Shown here: positions 29,801 to 40,000 of the stretch, in pieces | How positions within the stretch are numbered: the first letter of the stretch is position 1 | Layout of the letters: the number at the start of each line of letters is the position of its first letter | Origin: Bdellovibrionales bacterium | Lineage (GTDB): Bacteria; Bdellovibrionota; Bdellovibrionia; Bdellovibrionales; UBA1609 | DNA: 64,000 nt | NCBI GenBank assembly: GCA_965261545.1 | Contig: CBDHDF010000002.1 | Location: forward strand, 288,001 to 352,000 | Direction: 5' to 3' | Notes under the pieces: model-generated | Seen by the model: only the letters and a program-made list of their open reading frames with translations | Database searches by the model: none | What the model was told of the DNA's origin: nothing | Program-made: the position numbers and the translations under genes

Positions 29801-32800
29801 TGAGGGCGTACTCAAAGGTTCTCGATGTTTGATCGGGGTCTGTGATGCGAATCACATTCCCGTGAGTGTCGTGGGTGAGACGGGTGATTCGCCCAGCGGG
29901 GTCTGTGATAGTTTCAACCAAGCCATTGGCTCCGTACCCAAATCGAGTGGTGGTTTTATCACGGGATTGAAAATAGGAGTATTCAATATAAGATAAGTTT
30001 CCATTGGTGAGGTAGAAATAGGTGGTACTTCGGTAATAGCGATCCACACTGCTAAGCAAAGTGCCTGATTTATTAAATATATAATTAGTTCCCTCTTGTG
30101 TCTTTAGGGTGAAGCCACCTATGGGGGAAGGTATGGAAGTTAAAGTGGAATAATCTCCATCGGGTGAGCTATAGCTATGCCACGTGAATTGTTCATTTGT
30201 ATTGGGGTCCTCTTGTGTGATGGTAGTATCATTTTTCGTAAAAATACGATACTTGAAATTGTCATAAACGAGCATGACCTTTTCAGGGGCCACAGGCATG
30301 TCCTCTCCATTAAGTCCATAAAATTGCTTCATCTCTCCGAGTTTCCAGCCCCTTCCGAATTCTGTTTCAGGGGAGACAACGGGATAGAGGGATTTATTGA
30401 TTCTTGTTCTCACCACATTCCCGTTGGACAAACGGAGACCTATTTTTGTTTTCAATTCATAAAGACCTGTTTTTAAACCCTGGGTATTGATGGTTTTATT
30501 TGTAAGAAAGGTTCGATTGAGAAGGGAGGTGAGTGAGGTATTTGATGGAAGTTTAAAAACTGATTTGGGTGTGTTTCTCCCATTGAGTTCAAGGCTCACG
30601 GCAAAAGAGGCACTGAGATCAAAAGGTGCTCTTCCTTGGGCATCCCCTGTGGTGTAGCGATGGGATGTGCGTACACTCATGTTTTCCAATGAACTTGTGT
30701 TGGTGTAAAACAGTGTGGGCGCAATATCCTGTCCAGATATCTTCACTCTTGGAAGTGTGTGATCTTCCCTCAAAGTTCCCGTGGTCATACAGAGATCACT
30801 GCCAGGACAACCACCTCCCCCTCCACTGTTGCCGCCATTGGGACCATTGCCCCCAGAGTTGGGGCTGCCTGCAAGAGAGGGGAGACGAGGCATGGGAAGG
30901 TGCCAAGTGGTGGCTCTCACACCCCCCTCAATCATGGTGATGGTGCGACGATCGCTGGAAACACGACCTGTCCCCACTTTTTCAAAGCCTCCCTTTTCTG
31001 ACAGAGAAAATATATCCAAAAGAAGACCTGCGGCATAGTTATCTGTGTTGGGGAAGGTGATGGGCACAGGGTTGGCAAATCGAAGACCTACGGGTTGCAG
31101 GGTGATAATAAAGTTGGGGCTGAAAAATTCTGGAAGCTCCCTTGGGGTGGCATCAATGGGAACACTAGAAACAGACAAGGGGCCTGTGTACACAGTGCCA
31201 TCGGATTTTTTCACTCCACCGGCGGGCACGGTCATAGAAACACCAATGCTGGTATTGCTCACCACGGTGCTGCTTGTGGCACTCACTGTGGCCACATGGG
31301 CGGGATTCACTCGTGGGAGCATATAGTCCCTAATGGGGCGGTTGAGGATATTTTGCATAATGGGAGTGCGACCACTGAAGTTGGCGTAGAGATGACCGTT
31401 GGGAGCAGTGATTCCTGTGGCGTCAAGGCTTACAATTTTTGCCCCGTGGGGAATGCCCGAAATGGTAAACCTTCCCTGGGCATCTGTGGTGGTGGTGACG
31501 GTGGAGCCTTCCACACTTATTCTCACACCTGCAATGGGAACAATGGATTTATTTTCTGAATAGGCGTTGGCGTCGATGACCCTGGATTGAAAAGCTGTGA
31601 CTTGACCCGTGTCTGCGGGCAGCACTGTGATGACCACTTTTTGAGAATCACTTTCTTTGCCATCGGTGGCGATGAAGTTGATGGTGTGGGTTCCCACTTG
31701 GTTGGGAGCCGGTTTAAAGCGAAATTTTCCTGTTCCTTCATCGAGCCTTGAGTTGGCAGGCAAACCCGTGGCGATAAACGAGATGGTGTCGTGGGTGTCG
31801 GCATCCAGGGCTGAAATGGTGAACCTCACCTCTGTGCCTATTTGCATAGTTTGAGGAGTGGTGATAGTTGCAAGTACTGGGGGGTTGTTCATTTCACCTG
31901 TCACTGTGATGGTGACATCATCGGGGCGGCTATCAAGTGAACCATCGTTGACCACAAGCCTTGCGATATAGGTGCCATCTCTGTCGGTGATAAAAACGGG
32001 ATTGACGGAATTTAGGTTTGCCAACTGGGCACGGCTGGTAAGGGGCCTTGTCACAAGCTCCCACTTGTAGGTCAAAGATTTTTTCTCAGGGTCTGAAGAG
32101 GCCGAACCATCCAAGGTGACAAGTGCGCCCGAAAAGGCTTTTTGGTCTGCTCCTGCATTGGCAATGGGTTTGGTGTTGTAGGCCGCCACATTGATGGTGA
32201 CAAGGGACATGGTTTCAGAGTCCCGTTTTCCATCGTTGGCTTTGTAGGAAAAAACGACAGTTCCAATAAAATCATCCGTAGGTGTAAAGGTGCAGGCAAG
32301 CTCGGTGGTTTGATCGAGGCATCCTGTGAGAGTGCCCGAGGCGGGCTGGTTGACAACAAAATAGGTAAGAGAATCACTTTCAGGATCGGTGGCTCCATTC
32401 AGTGTGAATTCAAAAACTTTGTTTTGCATGGCTGCAAAAGTTTGGTCACCGGTGAGAATGGGGGGAAGGTTGGGCTCTGTCACGGAAATGGTGAAAGGAG
32501 ATGTTTGATGGGTGAGACCATCATCGTCGGTGATTTTTAGAGAAACTTGGTGCTCTCCTGCACGGGAAAAAACTTTTTGAGCCGTGGCTTCGGAACCTGA
32601 AAGGGTGGTTCCGTCGCTAAAAATCCATTCATAGGTGACAATATTTCCATCGCTATCCTGAGAGCTTGAGCCATCTAGGGAAACGGTCAAGGGAGCCGTG
32701 CCACTTTGGGGGCTGGCTGTGAAAGCCGCCACGGGAGAGACAAGATTTTTGGTGGCGGTGATGAGAATTTCTTTTTCAGCCATGGCTCCACCATCATCTG

Positions 32801-34064
32801 TCGCCACAAGTTTTACTTTATGGGCTCCTGCTGTAGTGAAAGTGTACTGAGCTGTGGCTCCCGAAACAGTGGAATCATCGGGAAAAGTCCATGTGTAGCC
32901 ACGAATTTGTCCATCGGGGTCACTGGTTCCCGTGCTGTTAAAATTCACCGTAAAGGGAACTTCCCCAGAGGTGACATCGGCACCAATAACAAGGGTGGGA
33001 ATTTGATTGACTTGATTGGCATTGAGACAAGAGCCTGAGTAAGTTGCCGCTTGGATGGTGGTGTTTCTTTGAATGCGACAGCCTTGGGCTTGGATATGGG
33101 CGTTTTGTTTGGCATAGAGAAAGGACCTTTTTTTAAACTCAAAGAGATTGCTGGAGATTATGGAAACACTGTTTCCTCTTATGTTGGAGCCTTGGCCCAT
33201 GCTGATTCTGTTTCCACCTCCATTTCCTCGACTTTCCACAACAAGAGATCCCCTGGCTGTGATGGACATGCCTGCCAAGTGAATCGTATCATAGCCCACA
33301 ATGCTAAGGTTGTTGGATTCCACAATGGAGCCCGCACCAAAGCGAATGGGAATCAATGATGCTCCCACATGGGTGGAGACAATGCCTGTGTTATCTCTGA
33401 TATTTAAACGAACCCCTTGGTTGATATGAGATTTTCCAGAGGAGAAGATTTCTAATTCGTTGGCTTTTAAAACTGAGGAGTTTTGGACAATGGTGTCTCC
33501 ATTTATGGAGAGAATATGTATTTTTTCAGACATCAAAACAGATCGAGATGAAATGAGCACCTCTTTCTTTCCATCGAGACAGAGGTTTGTGACATTGTGA
33601 GTTTGCCCTCCTCGAAAGTGAATCTTACAGGGCGAGTGAAGGGTGAGATTGGTGCCAGAGAGGGGAAAAGAAATTCTGACATTCTTATATTGCCCATTGG
33701 ATAGGCCAAAGTTCGACTGATAGCTCTGAAGTTCTGCCATATTACGGACTAAAACAAATTCACTGGAACAAGTGGCCGTTGTGTTGTAGTCCGTCTTTGT
33801 TTGGCAAAAGCCACGGGGAGGTGAGGGCACTTCTTGGCTGGGGCTGTTGTTTGTAGAACTGCTTGAAGAATTGCTAGAGGAACTGCCGTCTGTGGTACTG
33901 CTGGAGCTGTTGGAATTACTTTCGGTGGCCTTCAGTGGAGGCGGAGAGATGAATAGGGACAGAGCCAAAAAGGTCAGGGTCAATGCAATCAATATAGAAA
34001 ATATCGGTAATAATAGGCATACACGACGGGATACATACAACTTGGATTGAGTGGTCAAATTCAT
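26868..34064 (-). CDS. Large Rhs/YD-repeat protein with N-terminal signal/TM, PKD and Ig-like domains and a Cys-rich C-terminal extension
   Basis: PKD motifs ([22 protein letters not shown]), YD repeats, Rhs core [35 protein letters not shown]...[11 protein letters not shown]; GGAGG RBS. Confidence 0.92.
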   Translation of the reverse strand: [2398 protein letters not shown]

Positions 34065-34084
34065 TCCTCCTTTTGGAAATATGT

Positions 34085-37000
34085 TTAGTCACTTTCATCA
34101 GTATTATCATCACTTTCGTCACTACTAGTTGTTGTGGTTGCTGCTACGAGATGTAATTTCTTTGAAACACTGTGGGTTTGTGAACTGGAATCTGTCACAG
34201 TGAGAGTTACATCATAGGTTCCAGCTGTGTTAAATGTATGAGTTGCAGTGGACCCTGTTTGAGGTGCACTACTATCTCCAAAGTTCCAAGAATAGGTAGA
34301 AACTCCACCACTGGAACTTGAATAGGAGTCAGAGCCATCAAAACTCACAGATTGACCTGTGGAGTACAAAATATGATCTGTTTTCAACCTTGCAATGAGG
34401 TTGAGCCCCCCACCCTCAATAACAGTTCTTTCCGTGGGTGCTTCATCATCTCCAATGGTTCGGGTATGCCCTAAACCGAGTTGGCCATGGTCATTTTTAC
34501 CCCAGCACTGAAGCTTTCCGTTATCGAGGAGAGTACAACTAAAATTGTAACCCTTACTTGATACATGAATAGCTTTTCCATTAAAAGGGGTCGCAGTGGC
34601 ACTAGATGCATATCTTCGGGAAGAAATACTCGCATCTCCGAGTCCCAGTGCACCATTGCTATTATAACCCCAGCATTTCACAGCACCGCTATTTAGTAGA
34701 GCACAGTTGGTATACCACCCTGAAGATATTTGTTTGACATTCTCACCGAGAGCGAGAAGAGGTTGATTAAGGGGTGATGTTATATTATAGTTATAATTTC
34801 CTCCATGGTAGTTCGCAGCTCCCCAGCAAATTACTCCACGGTCTTCAAGAAGAGCGCAAGTGGAAGAGTAGCCGGATGAGACACTTAAAACTTTTTTTGG
34901 TAATGGAACGATAGATAGAGTTGATAAAACTTCATTGTCACCCATATTGAGACTATGCCCTAACCCTAATTGCCCGGAGCTATTTTCACCCCAACATTTA
35001 AGCGTGTCATCCATAAGAACCGCACAAACATGGGAACTTCCTTCAGCTATCATTTTAGTCTTTTGACCCAAAGGTAAATCACTCAAGTTTGAGATATTAT
35101 CAATGGAATTTCTATGACCCAAGCCAAGCTCTCCACTGGAATTATAACCCCAACATCTTACCCCACCACTGGCAAGCAAAGTGCAGGTGGAGTTTCCAAA
35201 TGCACTGACTTGGAGAATTTTTTGTCCAAAGTCAAGAGTATTTATGGTGGCAGGTCGTTCATTGTCTCCAATATTTTGGCCAGAGCGAATTCCCAATTGA
35301 CCGCTGTAGTTGTATCCCCAGCATCTCAATCCATCACTTTCTAGCACAGCACAAGTATGATGATTTCCAGAGGAAATTTGCAGCACACCTTCACCCAAAT
35401 CGATAAACTCTGTGTCTCCTAAAAGGACAAAATCTCGCATGAGGGGAGTCTCATCATCTCCAATGCTTTGAGTGTGTCCCAAGCCTAGTTGTCCATAGTT
35501 ATTTTGACCCCAACAAGTGACTTTTTTATTTTGGAAAAGGGCACAGGCGTGAGAGTATCCCGTGGTTATTTGAACAATAGGAGAGTGTGGAGATTTGACA
35601 TGGAGAAAAACCGTAAAAGCATACTCTGAGTCAGAAGCTCCATCGTTGGCCTTATAGGTAAACTGAGTACCGGCTGTAGAACTAGAGCTAGGTAAGTAGG
35701 TGCAAGTGAGGTCCGCTGTTCCCCCTAAACAGCCAGACAAAGTTCCGTTTGAAGGAGCTTGCACCAGTGTGTAGGTGAGATTATCATCTGGACTATCTTG
35801 GGCGGCCATAAGATTAAGAGTTGTGGTTTCTCCTTGATAAGCCACAAAAACTTCACTGGCTTGGGTGAAAAAGGGAGAGGTGTTCATTTTAACTCGTATT
35901 GTTTGAGAAAAGATATCGGTTTGCCCTAAACTATCTCTGACTGTCAGGGTGATGGTGTAGTTTCCTGATCTTGCAAACCTATGGGTGACTTTTTGTCCCG
36001 ATCCATGAGTGCTACTATCACCAAAGTTCCAAGAGTAACTGGTTATGGAGGTGTTTGCATAAGAGTTTGAGGCGTCAAATTGAATCTCATTGGAGTCACT
36101 CACATGGGCATTATGGGCAAACCTAGCTATGACAGGGCTGCCCTCTCCTCCTAAAATGGGTGAATCTGCGTATGTCGAAAGCTCATTATCGCCAATGTTT
36201 TCAGTATGAGCCAATCCAAGTTGTCCATAGTTGTTATTGCCCCAAGAACTAACGTGACCATCTTTAAAAAGAGTATGAATATGTCTGGCTCCCAAAGAAA
36301 AACTTGCAATATGACCGCTCAAAGGAATGTCTAGGATACCAGAGTAATGATTAGCTTGAGATTCAGGCACACTGATGCCTAGCCATTGGTGAGCCCTGTA
36401 GCCCCAGCACTTTAAGCCACCACTTACCATAAGTGCACATGTGGTGGTATATCCACTTGCCTTACTCACTTGGATGGTTTTAACCGCTGAACCCAAGGCA
36501 ATGCTGGCTATAGAAGAAGGGAGTTCATTGTCTCCAATATTCTGAGGGTGGCCAGGACCAATGTCACTACGAGCCCCCCAGCATTTGACACTCCGGTTTG
36601 CCAAGAGAGCGCATGTATGTTGAGGGCCTGCTAACACATCCAATACCTTAGAGCCTATGGGAACATTATTTGCTTTAAAGGGGTGTTCATTATCCCCTAT
36701 ATTATGAGTATGACCATAACCGAGTTGTCCATACTCATTCCTCCCCCAGCAACGCACACGTCCATCTTTGAGGAGAGCGCAAGCATGATTATAGCTGGCA
36801 GAAATCTTAATGGCCCTTGCTCCTAAGTTGATAGCTACAAAGGTGTTACTAGTTTCAGAAGAATCATTACCTATGTCATTAGTATGAGCAAGGCCGAGTT
36901 GACCATAATCATTATCCCCCCAGCACTTGATTTTTCCAGAATTTGTAAGGGCACAACTAAAATTATTTCCAGTAGCTATTTGGCGAATAGATTCACCTAA

Positions 37001-40000
37001 ATCAAGAGGGTTGACTGTCGAAGGGAGTTCGTTATCGCCAATCTCATATCTGTGTCCCAAACCGAGTTGGCCATAGTTATTATATCCCCAGCACTTGACT
37101 TTTTCGTTTTCTAGAAGAGCACAAGTGTGTGAATTTCCTAGAGTTATTTGCTTGACGTTGGCCCCTATATTTACAAAATTCACGGAAGCAGGGGTTTCGT
37201 TATCTCCAATATTTTGAGTATGTCCCAACCCCAACTGACCATAGTGATTATAACCCCAGCATTTAATTTTTTTATTCTCATAGAGGGCACAGGTATGGTT
37301 TGTGCCTGCAACAATTTGAATAATAGAGGATGGGGTATCCACAACACGGAGTTTGATAATATTGGCGACAGAATCAGAGTTTCCATCATTGGCTTTGTAT
37401 GAAAAACTAATTTCACCTGTAAAACTAGAGGGGGCTTGGTAGGAGCAGGTCAAATCAGGAGTTCCAGTGAGGCAGTTAGAAAGCGTTCCTTGAAGGGGAG
37501 CTTGAACCAATGTGTAGGTGAGAGAAGATGAGTCTAAGTCTAAGGCAGAATTCAGGTGAATTTGATGGGTTTTTCCCTTGGCTAGAGTAAACTTCTTTTG
37601 AGCACCCTCAAAATAGGGGCGTGAATTATTACTTATGATATCTATGCGCCTTGATGTTGTTGCCGTTTGGTTGAAGTTATCTGTTACAGTAAGGGTCACA
37701 TTAAAAGAGCCAAATTTTGTAAACTGATGAGATGGGTTGGCAAGGTTGGAAGTACTATTATCTCCAAAGTTCCATTGATGGCTCTTAATAGTGCTAGATG
37801 AGAAGCTAAAACTTGAGTCAAATGCAATTGATCGAGGCTTTGCCTTGGATTCTAAATAGTCAAATTGAGCTATGACAGTGTTTCTAACATCTGAAAAGAT
37901 GGAAGAATTCTTTGCCGAAATAAATTCGTCGTCTCCAATACTTCTTGTATGACCTAGGCCCAAGACTCCGTAGGAGTTATTTCCAAAGCATCTTATTTCA
38001 CCATTTCTGAGAGTGACACATGTGTGTGAGTACCCCAAAGCCATTTGATATACAGGTTCACCAAAGTCAACAAACTGGGATTCGCTTGCAAGTGTGGGAT
38101 TTGACACATAAACATGTCCCAATTTTCCATATGAACTAGAACCCCAGCATTTGATTTTATTATTCACCAACAAGGCACAGGTGTGGGTCCCTCCTGTAAA
38201 TACTTTCTTAACATCATCTGAAAAGTCTAAAGAAGAAACGGTAGAAACTAGCTCGTTATCTCCAATAGAGTCTCTATGACCTAGACCCAACTGGCCAAAG
38301 CCGTTATAGCCCCAGCATTTTATATTTTTGTCTTCCAAAAGGGCACAGCTATGATTATAACCCACACTTATATCTAAGGCTCTTTGACCAAGGGGCACAA
38401 GCCCTATGGATGAAGGTAATTCATTATCACCAATGTTATTTCTATGACCAAGTCCTAGCTGGCCATAGTTATTAGACCCCCAACACTTAATATTCCCACC
38501 CATTAAGAGAGCGCAGGAATGATTATAGCCAATTGCTAATTTTTGAGCTTTTCCTCCTAGATTCACAGAAGGAATTCTTGCAAAATTTTCCAAAAGAGAA
38601 TCTCCAATATAGTTTGTATGACCATAGCCTAATTTACCATGGGTATTATCACCCCAACATTTCACTTGGCCACCTTCACCGAGAACACAACTAAAATTCG
38701 ATCCACTAGCAATTTTTTTTATTGGAAATCCAAAATTTAGAGAAGCTATGGAAGAAGGGATTGAGGAGCTTCCTCTATGGTTCGGACCTAAAACTCCATA
38801 CTGGCTTTGACCACCCCAGCATTTTACATTTTTATTTTCTAATAATACGCATGTATGTGAGTTCCCTAGGCTTATCTGTAAAATATTTGCTCCTACATCG
38901 ACAAAAGGTTGAGACCATGGTCTTTCATCATCTCCAATGCTATTCGTATGCCCCAATCCCAATTGGCCATAGTCATTTCTTCCCCAACACTTTATCTTCT
39001 TGTTATCAAAGAGAACACAGTTGTGATTATTAAATGTAGAAATTTGTAGAATAGTAGATTGTCCATTTGGAACAATATTTAAATCTACTTTGGTGGAAAA
39101 TAAAGCATCTGAAGTTCCATCATTGGCAATGTAAGAGAAAGATGATTGACCTTTAAAATTAGTGGGAGCTGTGTATTTGCAAATTAAGTCATTGTTATTA
39201 TTCATGCACTCTGTGAGGACCCCTTGAGAGGGGTTGCCTATCAAGCGATAGGTTAAAGGTCCTTGACTTAATTTCTTTGCTGGCAAAAGTTTGATGATAG
39301 AACTTTTACCTTGCTCCACAGTGAATCTTTGATTAAGAGGCATAATCGGAGGGTCGTTGATTGGATAAACTCTAATCTTCTTTTCTAGAGAAGAAGATCT
39401 ACTATTTTGATCTGTGACTGTTAGATTGACAGTGTATAAACCTGGCGTGGCAAAAGTAGTCATAGATAGTGGTGTTGATCCTTTCGCTACTTTTCCATTA
39501 CCAAAATTCCAGGAATAGAAACGAATAGAAGACTTTAAAAATGAGTTTGAGGCATTAAATTGAACAATGGATAGTGCTCTTGTATTTGTAGGTGTAAAAG
39601 AGAACCTTGGATAAATATAAGAAGAATCTCCACCAACAGGTACATGAGGAGTATTTAAAATATTTTCATCATCTCCTATGTTATTTGTATGAGCCATACC
39701 TAATTTGCCTCGATGGTTATCTCCCCAACATATTACTTTTCCATTCTTTAGAAGAGCACAGGCATGGGACCGTCCTGTAGCAATTTGTATCACTTTTTCT
39801 GGCCCAGAAAATACCAAGGTACCTTGTGATGATGGTAGTTCATTATCTCCAATATTATTTCTGTGTCCTAGCCCAAGTTGTCCACTAAAATTGTACCCCC
39901 AGCACTTGATATGCCCCCCATTCAAAAGAGTACATGCGAAGGAACCTCCTGAAGTTAATTGAGAAGCTTGAGTGCCTAAACTGATAGTTCCTACAGTGCT